Below, one piece after another: positions 28,772 through 38,733 of a stretch of DNA of 64,000 bases. This stretch comes from Candidatus Aminicenantes bacterium. Lineage in GTDB: Bacteria; Acidobacteriota; Aminicenantia; Aminicenantales; JAFGBC01. The notes below the pieces were generated by a model. It was given only the letters and a program-made list of their open reading frames with translations. It had not been told where the DNA came from and searched no databases. A program made the translations under genes and the position numbers. The first letter of the stretch is position 1. Every line of letters begins with the position of its first letter. The stretch spans positions 1,216,001 through 1,280,000 of the forward strand of contig OY969696.1 in the NCBI GenBank assembly GCA_963702005.1. Reading direction: 5' to 3'.

Positions 28772-30495
28772 TTCACGGTCACCGATTTAGCCAGGTTGCG
28801 CGGCTTATCGATAGGGCGTCCCAGGGCGGCGGCCGCGTAGTAGGCGATGAGCTGCCCGGCCACGGCGGCCAGGATCCCGAACTTGCCGTCGTTCCCGGTC
28901 CGGATGTGGACGGCGTCTTCGTTTCCGCCCAAGGTCGGATGATTGGTCAGGATGAAGATTTTGGCGCCGCGGGCCTCGACTTCCTTGGTGTTGGAGATGA
29001 TGTCCGGGTCGTTCGTGGCGATGAGGCTGACGACCGGCGTCCCCGATTCGATCAGGGCGATCGTCCCGTGCTTGAGCTCCCCGCCCATCATGCCCTCGGC
29101 GTGGATGTAGCTCGTCTCCTTGATCTTGAGGGCGATCTCCCGGGCGATCGGATAGGTCAGGCCGCGGCCGATTATGTAGGCGTCCCGGGAGCGGGCGATC
29201 CGTTCCGCGATGGCCCGGATCCTGGGCCTGGCCTTGAACAGCGTTTGGATCCGGTCCGGCAGGTTGTCGAGCTCGACCTCGAACCCGAACGTCCGGGCAA
29301 TCTTGAGGAGGAGGGCCGCCTGGTTGACGAAGGCCTTGGTGCTGGCAACGCAGACCTCGGGGCCGGCCAGGATGTTGAGGCTCAGCTCGCTCATCCGCTG
29401 GACCGTCGAATGGGGGACATTAACGATGCTCGCGATTCGCCCCCCGTTGTCGCGGGCGTACTTGAGGGCGTCGATGACGTCCATCGTCTCGCCGCTCTGG
29501 CTGACGGCGATGACGAGCGTGTCGCGGTCGACCTTGGCGAAGTGGCGGAACTCGGAGGCGATCAAGGTCTGCACTTCCATCCCGACCCGGTGAAGGTAAT
29601 AGGCTCCTAAGAGCGTCGCGTGGTAGGACGTCCCGCAGGAGGCGAAGATGACCTTCCGGGAGCGGCGGATGAGCCGGATGAGTTTTGCCAGGGCCGCCTT
29701 CTGGTCGTGGCCGAGCGAGAACAGCATCCGGCGGACGACGGACGGCTCTTCGAGGATCTCCTTGAGCATGTAATGCTTGGCCGTCCGCTTGGCGGTCCGC
29801 TCTTCCTCCCAGCGGAAGGTCCGCAGCGGCTTCCGGATCGGCCGGCCGGTCCGGTCGAAGAAGCGGGGACCGTCCGGACCGACCACGGCGAACTCGTCGT
29901 TCTCGAAGAAGGCGGCCCGGTCCGTCCAGTCGGAAAAAGCGTAGATGTCGGAGGCGAGGATGGTCCGCCCGTCGGCCGCGCCCAGGGCGAGCGGGGAATC
30001 CCGCTTGACGGCATAGATCTCGTCCCGCCCCTTGAGCATGATCAGGACGGCAAACGTTCCGGCCAGGGTGCGGAGCAAGACGGGGAGCGTCTCCTCGATC
30101 GAGCGCCGCCGCAGGTTGTCTTCGAGAAAATGGGCGATGACCTCAGAGTCCGTCTCGCTGGCGAAGACGTGCCCCTTGCGGACGAGATCTCGCTTGATCT
30201 CCTCGTAGTTCTCGATGATGCCGTTGTGGACGACGGCGATCCGCCCGTCGCAGGAGAGGTGGGGGTGAGCGTTCCGTTCGCTGACGCCGCCGTGGGTCGC
30301 CCAGCGGGTGTGGGCGATCCCGGCCCGGCAACGGCCGCGCCCCTCGACCCGGATGCCGCCGACGCGCTTCCGCAGCTCGCGGCCGTCGAAAACGCCGAAG
30401 GAATCGTAGCCGCGGTACTCGAGCCGCTTGAGCCGTTCGAGAAGCGTCCGGGACGGGAAGTCCGCCCGGGAGACGATGCCGACGATGCCGCACAT
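28768..30495 (-). CDS. glmS: Glutamine--fructose-6-phosphate aminotransferase
   Basis: MCGIVG, LEYRGYDS, HTRWATHG, HNGIIEN, SQSGET, GELKHG, PRNLAKSVTV. Confidence 0.96.
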   Translation of the reverse strand: MCGIVGIVSRADFPSRTLLERLKRLEYRGYDSFGVFDGRELRKRVGGIRVEGRGRCRAGIAHTRWATHGGVSERNAHPHLSCDGRIAVVHNGIIENYEEIKRDLVRKGHVFASETDSEVIAHFLEDNLRRRSIEETLPVLLRTLAGTFAVLIMLKGRDEIYAVKRDSPLALGAADGRTILASDIYAFSDWTDRAAFFENDEFAVVGPDGPRFFDRTGRPIRKPLRTFRWEEERTAKRTAKHYMLKEILEEPSVVRRMLFSLGHDQKAALAKLIRLIRRSRKVIFASCGTSYHATLLGAYYLHRVGMEVQTLIASEFRHFAKVDRDTLVIAVSQSGETMDVIDALKYARDNGGRIASIVNVPHSTVQRMSELSLNILAGPEVCVASTKAFVNQAALLLKIARTFGFEVELDNLPDRIQTLFKARPRIRAIAERIARSRDAYIIGRGLTYPIAREIALKIKETSYIHAEGMMGGELKHGTIALIESGTPVVSLIATNDPDIISNTKEVEARGAKIFILTNHPTLGGNEDAVHIRTGNDGKFGILAAVAGQLIAYYAAAALGRPIDKPRNLAKSVTVK

Positions 30496-30620
30496 CAAAG
30501 TCCTCGAAGTTCCCTCATCTTATAGTGCCCCATGCCGCGCCTGTCAAGCGAAATGCGGCCCAAAGACGACTTGACCTGAGGGGGAGCTTGGGATATCGTT
30601 AATCCTAAGGAGCCCCAGCC

Positions 30621-31631
30621 ATGAAGCCGGTCGTTGTCTATTTCGCTGACGGGCAGAGCAAGGCCGGCAAGGTCATGTTTTTCAACCTCGCGAAGACGAC
30701 CTTTCCCCTCCAGGTCGAGACCGGAGAGGGCAAGATCGAGACCCTGACCGTCCGCCTGGACGACGTCAAAAAGATACAATTCCTCAAGAAGGAAGCCGGC
30801 GCGGCGCCCGAGTCTTCCCTCCGCCGCGAGACTATCGAGCAATCGACCTTCGTCAGCTCGGTCTCCTTAAAGCTCGCCGTTGAGTTTAAAGACGGAGAGG
30901 TCCTGACCGGCTCGACGGTCAAGTACAGCCCCAACGACAAGGGATTCTTCCTAACGCCCCTCAACCCGGCCGAGCCGAGCGAACGGATTTACATCAACGG
31001 CCGTTTCGTCAAGAACATCGAGCAGCGGAAACTCCTGGGCCGGATCCTGGTCGATGAACGGAAAATCACCAACGGACAGCTCGAGAAGGCCGCAGGCGTC
31101 CAAGCCGAGATTCGGACGAAACGGATCGGGACGATCATGATCGAGCACGCCATGATCAGCCAGACCCAGCTTGAAGAATCCCTCAAGAGACAAGGCGAAC
31201 GGAACCTTAAAATCGGCGAGCTCCTGATCGAAGCCGGCTACATCTCCCAGGAACAGCTCGACACCGCTCTCCGCATCCAGAAGGAGTTCCGGAACAAGCG
31301 CCTGGGCCAGATCCTGGTTGAGCTCAAGTACGTGACTCCCAACGACATCTGCCTCGCCCTCGCCTCCCAGCTCGGCTGTCCCTGGGTCGATCTCTCGACG
31401 GTCACGATCCGGCCCGAGACGCTGGCCCTCCTGCCGTCCGAAATCGAGAGGCGGCTTGAGGTCGTCCCGTTCGAGAAAAGGGGAGGGGATATTCTCGTCG
31501 TCGCCTCCTCCCAGCCCCGGGACCCGGAGCTTCTCAAGGAGCTGAGCCGGCTGACGCCCTGGAAGCTCGAGCTCGTCATCGCCTATGACGGGTATATCTC
31601 GTCGGTCATCCAAAAGTATCTCTCCAATTGA
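30621..31631 (+). CDS. Stand-alone MshEN/GspE-N domain protein with N-terminal small beta domains
   Basis: Four RLG/KIG-xxL motif repeats (LLGRILV, RIGTIMI, KIGELLI, RLGQILV); no ATPase domain. Confidence 0.75.
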   Translation: MKPVVVYFADGQSKAGKVMFFNLAKTTFPLQVETGEGKIETLTVRLDDVKKIQFLKKEAGAAPESSLRRETIEQSTFVSSVSLKLAVEFKDGEVLTGSTVKYSPNDKGFFLTPLNPAEPSERIYINGRFVKNIEQRKLLGRILVDERKITNGQLEKAAGVQAEIRTKRIGTIMIEHAMISQTQLEESLKRQGERNLKIGELLIEAGYISQEQLDTALRIQKEFRNKRLGQILVELKYVTPNDICLALASQLGCPWVDLSTVTIRPETLALLPSEIERRLEVVPFEKRGGDILVVASSQPRDPELLKELSRLTPWKLELVIAYDGYISSVIQKYLSN

Positions 31632-31641
31632 GCGGGCGAGC

Positions 31642-31670
31642 TTGCCTCCCGATTTCATTCCCCGTATAAT
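31642..31670 (+). promoter_or_regulatory. sigma70 promoter for the AOR operon
   Basis: TTGCCT-17 nt-TATAAT. Confidence 0.65.
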
Positions 31671-31771
31671 GCCCCTGTGAATTCCGCCGTCGCGCGGTCG
31701 ACGCCGTCATCGAAAGCCTCGTCATCCGTCCCTTGTCCCCCTCATTAAACATCCTGAACCAAGGAGTCATC

Positions 31772-33739
31772 ATGCCTCCGTCCCAGAACGGATTTTTCGG
31801 TACCCGGGGCCGGATCGCCTTTGTGGACCTTGGCGGCCGGACGGTCCGCATTGAATCTCCCGATCCCGGTCTCTACCGGGACTACCTTGGAGGCCGGGGC
31901 GTCCAAGCCCGCCTCCTTTACGATCATCTCAAGCGGACCGGCCCGGTTCGCGATCCGCTCGACCCGCTGAATCGGATCATCCTCGGCAACGGACCCGTCA
32001 ACGATACCCATGTGGCTACGGCGGGCCGGGGCTCTTGCTCGTTTATCGGGACCATGACCCGGTCGCCCGAACCGCCCTCCCGGCTGCCGGCCCACGCCCC
32101 CTTGTTCGGCCTCCTGACCCACGCCAGCGCCGGCGGCGTTTTTCCCAACATGCTCAAGCGGGCCGGCCTGGACCACCTCGTCATCGACGGCCGGGCCGAG
32201 CGACCCGTACGCATCCTCGTTGCCGAGGGCCGGGTCGAGGTCCTCGACGCCGAGGACGAGTTGTTCGAGGTCAGCGGCGGGTCCAAGGTTCCCCGCGTCG
32301 CATCGGCGATCACCGACGTCCTGACCCGGCTCCATCCCGGCTCGTCGACGGTCTGCTTGGGGCCGGCCGGCTGGAACCGTGTCGCCTTCGCCTGCTTGAC
32401 CAACGATAAACATCGGAACTTCGGCCGGGGCGGCGCCGGCGCCGTGTTCGGTTCCAAGAACCTCGTCGCGGTCACGGCCTTCGGCCGGGAGCGGGCGGCC
32501 TACTCCGACCAGGGCCGTTTCCAAGCCCTAAGCAAGGAGCTTGACGCCCAGGTCAAGGCCCACGTCGGGGACTCCCATTGGACGGCCTCGTTCCGGCCCC
32601 AGGCGGGAACGACCTGGTGGCTGGACCGCGCCTTCGACGGCGGCTACCTGGGGAAGCAGGGAGGATATCTCCCCTGGCACAACTTCGATGAGGGCTCCTT
32701 CGACGCCCTCGATTTCGCCAAGGTCGGGACCAAAGCCTTCCTCGAGATCGCCGGTCCGCCCAAGGTCTGCAACCAGTGCCGCCACATCATGTGCACGAGG
32801 GCGGCCCGGGTCGACCGTCCCCCCTACGCCGGGAGCGGCGTCCGGCCCGAGTTCGAGACGATCGCCCTCTGGATCAACTGCTGCATCCTGGACCGGGACG
32901 CCATCTTCCACATCAACCATCTCTGCAACGAGTTCGGCCTGGACACGATGACGCTGGGGAGCGTAATGTCCGGCGCCATGGAACTCGCCGAGAAGGGATT
33001 CCTGGCCGGCTTCAAAGATGCCCCCGTCTTTGGGAATCCTTCCGATATGATCCGGACCCTCACGGATATTTCTTACCGGTCGACCCCGCTCGGCGAGCTT
33101 CTCGGCGGCTATTCGGACCGGGTCGTCGCCGGCGTCGCGGCCGGCCGACCGCCCGCCGACTGGGAGGGGATCGTCCGCTGCGTCACGACGGTTTTCGGGG
33201 GGCTCGGCTACGCGGGGATCGAGCCCAAGGTTTTCCCCGGCATGTTCACGGCCTACGCGACGTCCAACCGCGGCCGGGGCGATCACACCTACGCCTGGAC
33301 CATCCAGGCCGAGGAGGGCGGACTGGCGGGCGTCGAGGAACTGGCGTCCTACGTCGCGGCCGGCCAGGAAGGGAAGGCGATCGTGGACTCGCTCGGCCTG
33401 TGCGACTTCTTCACCGAGGATACGGCCTCGGACCTCTTCCTGGGCCTCTATAAAGCCTTGACCGGGATCGAGTACACGGCCGACGCTTTCAAAGCCTGCG
33501 GCCGGAGGATCTATACACTCGAGCGCCGGGCCAACAACATCCAAGGCCGGGGCCGCGTCTATGACGCGCATATCCCATCCAAGCTGACGGAGCCGCTGAC
33601 CCGGGGAGCCCACGCGGGGAAAGCCGTCGACCCGGCCCGCCACGGCGATGTCTTGGACGTGTACTACCGGAAGCAAGGTTGGACCCGGGACGGGATTGTC
33701 GAACCGGCCCTGCTCCGCGAATTGGGCATTGAGCCCTGA
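31772..33739 (+). CDS. aor: Tungsten aldehyde:ferredoxin oxidoreductase family protein
   Basis: YLGGRG, GRGGAGAVFGSKNL, CNQC..C, PEFET, CNEFGLDT, YATSNRG, DSLGLC, YYRKQGW. Confidence 0.85.
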   Translation: MPPSQNGFFGTRGRIAFVDLGGRTVRIESPDPGLYRDYLGGRGVQARLLYDHLKRTGPVRDPLDPLNRIILGNGPVNDTHVATAGRGSCSFIGTMTRSPEPPSRLPAHAPLFGLLTHASAGGVFPNMLKRAGLDHLVIDGRAERPVRILVAEGRVEVLDAEDELFEVSGGSKVPRVASAITDVLTRLHPGSSTVCLGPAGWNRVAFACLTNDKHRNFGRGGAGAVFGSKNLVAVTAFGRERAAYSDQGRFQALSKELDAQVKAHVGDSHWTASFRPQAGTTWWLDRAFDGGYLGKQGGYLPWHNFDEGSFDALDFAKVGTKAFLEIAGPPKVCNQCRHIMCTRAARVDRPPYAGSGVRPEFETIALWINCCILDRDAIFHINHLCNEFGLDTMTLGSVMSGAMELAEKGFLAGFKDAPVFGNPSDMIRTLTDISYRSTPLGELLGGYSDRVVAGVAAGRPPADWEGIVRCVTTVFGGLGYAGIEPKVFPGMFTAYATSNRGRGDHTYAWTIQAEEGGLAGVEELASYVAAGQEGKAIVDSLGLCDFFTEDTASDLFLGLYKALTGIEYTADAFKACGRRIYTLERRANNIQGRGRVYDAHIPSKLTEPLTRGAHAGKAVDPARHGDVLDVYYRKQGWTRDGIVEPALLRELGIEP

Positions 33740-33749
33740 AAGGGACGCT

Positions 33750-35042
33750 ATGCTGAGGAACCATCCGAAGGGGCTTCGCTATATCTTTTTAACCGAGATG
33801 TGGGAGCGGGTCGGCTTCTACACGCTCTACGCCATCCTCGTCCTCTATATGGACAAGGTCCTGGGCTGGTCGGACGCCCGCAAGGGGGATTTTTACGGAA
33901 TTTTTCTGGCGCTCTGCTATTTCGTCCCCCTTCTGGGGGGCTGGCTGGGCGACCGCGTCTTCGGCCGGCGGAAAACCGTCCGGGCCGGAGCGGTATTGAT
34001 GGCCTTGGGCTATGTGGGCCTGGCCTTGTCTTCGGCCGGACAGCTCGCCTCGTTCTACATCGGCTTGTTGCTGGTCGCGGTCGGCACCGGGATCTTCAAG
34101 GTCAACATGGCCGTCCTGGTCGGGAACCTCTACACCGACCGGCCCCAACTCAAGGACGCGGCCTTCAATATTTTTTACATGGGCGTCAACATCGGCGCCG
34201 CCGTCGCGCCGCTCGTGGCGACCTTCGTCAGCGTCTATCTCCACAGCTACAACATCTCCTTCTGGGTCTGCGCCGGGGGCCTCATCCTGGCCTTGATTAT
34301 CTTCCAGTCCGGCTCCCGCCATATCGCGCCGGCCGATGTCAAGATCGCTCGAGCGGAGTACGCCCCGGCGCCCTCGCCGGCGGCCGCGGCGATGCCGGTC
34401 CGCTTTCCTAAAGAGGAAGGTCAGCGGATCGCGACCCTCATCACCCTCTTCATCATCGTCATCTTCTTCTGGGTCGCCTTCTACCAGAACGGATTCGCCC
34501 TGACGCTGTTCGCCGAGCGCTCCACCCGGGTCTTCAAGTTCCTCCGGCCCGAGACCTACCAATTCTTCGAGCCGTTCTTCATCATCGTCCTGACGCCGCT
34601 TCTCCTCGCCTTGTTCGCCCGCCTCGGCCGCGCCCGGCGGGAACCTCCGACCCCCGTCAAGATCTTCCTGGGCATGCTCATCATGAGCGTCGCGATGATG
34701 ATCATGGTCGTCGCCTCCCTGGCCGGCGGCAACCGGGACGCCAACAACATGTTGCCCCTCTGGCTGGTCGGAACTTATTTCATCGTGACCATAGCCGAGA
34801 TCCTCATCTCGCCCATGGGCCAGTCCTTCGTCTCCAAGGTCGCGCCGCCCCGCCTCCAGGGCCTGATGATGGGCGGCTGGTTCGCCGCGACAGCCATCGG
34901 CTCCTACGCCTCGGGCTTCATGGGCAAGTTCTACAGCCGGTTCGCCCATCACGGATATTTCATCCTGCTCACCGGACTCCTGGCCGTGGCCGCGCTCCTG
35001 ATCCTGGTTTTTCTCAAGAGGCTCAAGCGCTTCGCCGGCTGA
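33750..35042 (+). CDS. POT/PTR family oligopeptide transporter
   Basis: NHPKGL, EMWERVGFY, GTGIFK, FYMGVNIG, AEILISPMG. Confidence 0.92.
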   Translation: MLRNHPKGLRYIFLTEMWERVGFYTLYAILVLYMDKVLGWSDARKGDFYGIFLALCYFVPLLGGWLGDRVFGRRKTVRAGAVLMALGYVGLALSSAGQLASFYIGLLLVAVGTGIFKVNMAVLVGNLYTDRPQLKDAAFNIFYMGVNIGAAVAPLVATFVSVYLHSYNISFWVCAGGLILALIIFQSGSRHIAPADVKIARAEYAPAPSPAAAAMPVRFPKEEGQRIATLITLFIIVIFFWVAFYQNGFALTLFAERSTRVFKFLRPETYQFFEPFFIIVLTPLLLALFARLGRARREPPTPVKIFLGMLIMSVAMMIMVVASLAGGNRDANNMLPLWLVGTYFIVTIAEILISPMGQSFVSKVAPPRLQGLMMGGWFAATAIGSYASGFMGKFYSRFAHHGYFILLTGLLAVAALLILVFLKRLKRFAG

Positions 35043-35060
35043 GGAAAAGGAGGTGCCGCT

Positions 35061-36242
35061 ATGTCCCTGATTCGGGAGAAAGTCAAACAGGCCGTCGAAC
35101 TGCTCAAGGAGTTCGGCGTCGACTGCTGGATCACGTTCACCCGGGAGAGCCAGGTCAACGGCGACCCGACCTTGGCCTTCTTGGCCCCGGCCGACGTGAC
35201 CTGGCATTCGGCCTTCATCATCAGCGCCGACGGGCGGGCCCGGGCCATCGTCGGCCGCTACGACCAGCGGGCGATCGCGGAGACGGGCGCCTACGACGAA
35301 GTCACCGCCTTCGTGACCGGCTTCCGGGAGCCCTTCCTCGAATATATGAAAGTCCTCGGCCCGGCGACGATCGCCGTCAATTACTCCAAAGGGAGCGAGA
35401 TCTGCGACGGACTGACCCACGGCATGTACCTGACCCTCGAGGAGCTCCTGGGCGATCTCGGCCTGGCCGGGCGGATGGTCTCGGCCGAACGGATCGTATC
35501 GGCCCTCAGGGAGCGGAAGACGGCTGCCGAGCTCGGCGCGATTAGGGAAGCCGTTCGGGAAACCGAGGCTATTTTCAAGGAGGTCGCCGGGTTCATCGCG
35601 CCCGGCCGGACCGAGAAGGACATCGCCGCCTACATGACGGCCCGGGTCGCGGCCCGCAAGCTCGCCCCGGCTTGGGCCGAGGCGACCTGCCCGGCCGTTT
35701 TCAGCGGACCCGACACGGCCGAAGCTCATTACGGGCCGACCGGAAAGGCGGTCGCGCCCGGCCACGTCCTCAATATGGATTTCGGCGTCAAGGTCGACGG
35801 CTACTGCTCGGACCTCCAGCGGACCTTCTATATCCGGGAGAGGGGAGAGGCGGCCCCGCCGGCCGAAGTCCGCCGAGGCTTCGAGACCATCGTCCGGGCC
35901 GTCGAGGAGTCCAAGCGGACGATCAAGCCGGGACGCACGGGCTTCGAGATCGACGCCGTGGCGCGGCAGATCGTCGTAGACGGCGGCTATGAAGAATTTC
36001 CCCACGCCCTTGGACACCAAGTCGGCCGATTCCCGCACGATGGGACGGCCCTGCTGGGGCCCAAGTGGGACAAGTACGCCCAGAAGCCTTTCCAGCGCCT
36101 GGAGGAGGGCATGGTCTTCACGATCGAACCGCGCCTGACCGTTCCGGGCCGGGGGATCGTCACCATCGAAGAAATGATCGTTGTCGCTAAAGACGGCGCC
36201 GAGTGGCTCTCGACTCCCCAGAAGGAGATCTGGCTGGCCTGA
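35061..36242 (+). CDS. Xaa-Pro aminopeptidase (M24B)
   Basis: DFGV..GYCSDLQRT, HALGHQVG..H, FTIEP, IEE. Confidence 0.9.
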   Translation: MSLIREKVKQAVELLKEFGVDCWITFTRESQVNGDPTLAFLAPADVTWHSAFIISADGRARAIVGRYDQRAIAETGAYDEVTAFVTGFREPFLEYMKVLGPATIAVNYSKGSEICDGLTHGMYLTLEELLGDLGLAGRMVSAERIVSALRERKTAAELGAIREAVRETEAIFKEVAGFIAPGRTEKDIAAYMTARVAARKLAPAWAEATCPAVFSGPDTAEAHYGPTGKAVAPGHVLNMDFGVKVDGYCSDLQRTFYIRERGEAAPPAEVRRGFETIVRAVEESKRTIKPGRTGFEIDAVARQIVVDGGYEEFPHALGHQVGRFPHDGTALLGPKWDKYAQKPFQRLEEGMVFTIEPRLTVPGRGIVTIEEMIVVAKDGAEWLSTPQKEIWLA

Positions 36243-36244
36243 TT

Positions 36245-36425
36245 TTAAAGGCCGGGGATCCGGGGGGGGGTTCCTCCGTGTTCGTTTCGGAGGCGGGGTA
36301 GGTCAGGACGCCGTCCTTGATCAGGGCAAACGGGGTGAGCTTATGGGGCGCCGTTTTCCCCGGGTCGAGGATATGGATGACCCGTCGAGGGTCCGAGTCG
36401 AATGCCCGATCGTATAGATCGTCAT
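36245..36425 (-). pseudogene. DUF488-family remnant with central deletion
   Basis: MTIYTIGHSTRTLD (DUF488 N-terminus) joined out of frame to RVIHILDPGKTAPHKLTPFA..LTYP (DUF488 C-terminus). Confidence 0.75.
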
Positions 36426-38623
36426 GACTGGACACCCCCTTTCGGATTCTGGACGGGCCGGGGATGCCCGCCGGCTTCCGAGTCCGGAACCGGCGCCTGA
36501 TCGACCCGGTAAAGCGTATAGAGTTCGTTGGCAAAGGCCGGCTTCAGATAGAACCTCCGTAGCAGACCCTCCCGATCTTCTCGTGGTCCGGGCGATGTGG
36601 AAACGAAGCCGCCGCCGGCGTCCTTGGGGACGTCGACCAGGTCACGGCTGGTAACGGCCCAGATATAGCCGACCCGATACTTGGCCAGGACGTCCCCGGA
36701 CCGGCGCGGGGCCCGGAAAAAGCGGCGGACGTCGGCCGTCCGTTTGTTGATCTCGGGCAGGGGCAGGTGACGGGATAGGTTGGAGTGGCCCGAGTTGTCG
36801 AGGACGACCCGCCGGTCTCCGAAATAACAGACGAATCTCGTGTCCAAGTTGTGAAGAACGACGGAGTTCCCTTCCGTATTCCGGCTGAGCCAATCGCAGG
36901 CGTCCAGGAAGGGCTTCTCGAAAACATGCCTGTCCGGGTAGCTGACCTTGCCCCACAGGAACTGGACCGTATTGGGAACGGAGATAAGAATAAGCAGGCC
37001 GGCGATGACCGCCCGGACGGCCGGCGTTCGCCGTTTTTCGAGGAACTGGTCCAGGCGTTCGGCCCAGAGGATCATGAGCGCGATCAGAGAATAATAATAA
37101 AAATAGATGTTGATCCAGGTCTCGGCGTGTCCCTCCAGGACCATGCCAGTGAAAAAGTAGAGCCCGAGGCCGGCCAGGAAAAAGGAGACCAGAAAAAACC
37201 TCATCGGGTTCTCCGGAGCGGCCCGGATAAAATCCCTGAGCGCGGAAGGCAGGGCCAGCGCGCCCGGGCCGAAGCTCGCCAGAAAAAATCCCGCCAGGAT
37301 GAGGAGGCAGAAAAAGGCGGCGGCGGGATCGGGCTCATGATGGATGAAGACCTTGCTCCACTCACCGGCCAGGAAGCCCAGCTTGAGATCGGCGAGGGGA
37401 AATCGAATCCAGTCGTTGGCCATGAGCTTAGGGACGTAGCGGATCCCGCCCAGGTTGTGGATGTAGGCGATGAGCGCCAGCGGGATCAGCCAGAGTCCCG
37501 TCGCGAGACCGGCCAGGAGCGGCCGCCTGTCCCGGTGGCGAAGTAGATAGACAAGAGCCGTCAGCCCCAGGGCCGGCAGGACTTGGGCGGGAATCGAGTT
37601 CTTATATTCGAACAGGACGGCCAGGAACCAGCCGGATAGGATGAGCCAGGCCGTTCCCCGTTCCCGGAAATAGCGCGAAAGGCAGAAGAAACCCGCCGCC
37701 GCTACGGGAATCGAAGGGAAGAACGAGTTGATGCTGAGGAGGTCCAGAAAATAGAAGGAGTAAAAGACCTTCCCCCAGTAGGGAGCGTAGCCGGTCAGGA
37801 GGGCCGCCAGGAATCCCAAGCCGCCCGTGCCGAAGACAGCCAGAAAAACTCCCCAGAGGGCGGCCCGCCGGGACCGGGCGAAATCACGGATTAAAATATA
37901 GAGCGCCAGGACGAGGAGCGCGAAATAGAAGGGCATCGTGAGCCGGTGGAGAAGGTCGAAGACCCCCAGGCCGAGGTGGCGATAGAGGAGGGCGGCGAAA
38001 AGCTCCATGGCGTAGTGGTAGCTGAGGGTGATCCCGGCCGCGAACGGCGCCTGGGGCGGGACCGAATGGGTCAGCTCGCGGATGAGGTTGTTTTTGGTGA
38101 AGCCGTCGTAGTAATGCCAGTTGACGACGACCGAGCCGTCCGGCCGGCGGAGGCCGTTCCGGAAGCTGTCGGCGCAGAGGACGCCGAGGATGAGCAGGAC
38201 CACCAAGCCGAAAACGAGCCCGTGTCGCGTCCAGGCGAAGGCAAAATCCTCGCGGCGCGGTGGGCGCCGGGCGATCCGGACGACGAAGACGACGCCCAGG
38301 GCCGCGACCCAGAGGAGGATGAGGGGAAGAAAACGCAGAAGGCGGGCGATCCGGTAGACCTGGGTCGTCGCCGTCAAGCCCAGGATGAGGGCGAGCGTGA
38401 CCGACTCGAGGCGGGAAATATGGAGTTTGGATAGCCAGACGAGAGATTGGCCGGGGAGGTAGACAAGGATGAAGAGCGCTGCCAGGAACAGGGCGTAGGT
38501 TCCGAGCGAGATCTGGAAAAAGCTGAGGACGAGGAAGAGAACGGCCAGACCCCCGCCCAGGAGCATGAAAAAATGGACGGCGTTGCCGCGCGGCGGCGCC
38601 GAGGATGAGGCCTGGACCGACAT
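36422..38623 (-). CDS. Polytopic membrane protein, GT-C-like glycosyltransferase
   Basis: More than 12 TM helices, YYDG..ELTH.VPP.P..G..LSYHY loop, C-terminal soluble domain. Confidence 0.6.
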   Translation of the reverse strand: MSVQASSSAPPRGNAVHFFMLLGGGLAVLFLVLSFFQISLGTYALFLAALFILVYLPGQSLVWLSKLHISRLESVTLALILGLTATTQVYRIARLLRFLPLILLWVAALGVVFVVRIARRPPRREDFAFAWTRHGLVFGLVVLLILGVLCADSFRNGLRRPDGSVVVNWHYYDGFTKNNLIRELTHSVPPQAPFAAGITLSYHYAMELFAALLYRHLGLGVFDLLHRLTMPFYFALLVLALYILIRDFARSRRAALWGVFLAVFGTGGLGFLAALLTGYAPYWGKVFYSFYFLDLLSINSFFPSIPVAAAGFFCLSRYFRERGTAWLILSGWFLAVLFEYKNSIPAQVLPALGLTALVYLLRHRDRRPLLAGLATGLWLIPLALIAYIHNLGGIRYVPKLMANDWIRFPLADLKLGFLAGEWSKVFIHHEPDPAAAFFCLLILAGFFLASFGPGALALPSALRDFIRAAPENPMRFFLVSFFLAGLGLYFFTGMVLEGHAETWINIYFYYYSLIALMILWAERLDQFLEKRRTPAVRAVIAGLLILISVPNTVQFLWGKVSYPDRHVFEKPFLDACDWLSRNTEGNSVVLHNLDTRFVCYFGDRRVVLDNSGHSNLSRHLPLPEINKRTADVRRFFRAPRRSGDVLAKYRVGYIWAVTSRDLVDVPKDAGGGFVSTSPGPREDREGLLRRFYLKPAFANELYTLYRVDQAPVPDSEAGGHPRPVQNPKGGVQS

Positions 38624-38733
38624 CGCCCGAGCTTCCTGTTCAGAGTTCGCGCCGACTATAAAGAACTTTGGCGGGAATGTCAATCCGGCGGCGGGCATTG
38701 CCTTAGCCCCGCCCCTCTGACATAATGTCCGGC

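Noticed and set aside
30496-30560. glmS ribozyme
   Set aside because: The leader between the apparent promoter and ATG is too short and lacks the core sequence
31677-31771. Moco/Wco riboswitch in the AOR leader
   Set aside because: No recognisable conserved motif by eye; an Rfam scan would be needed
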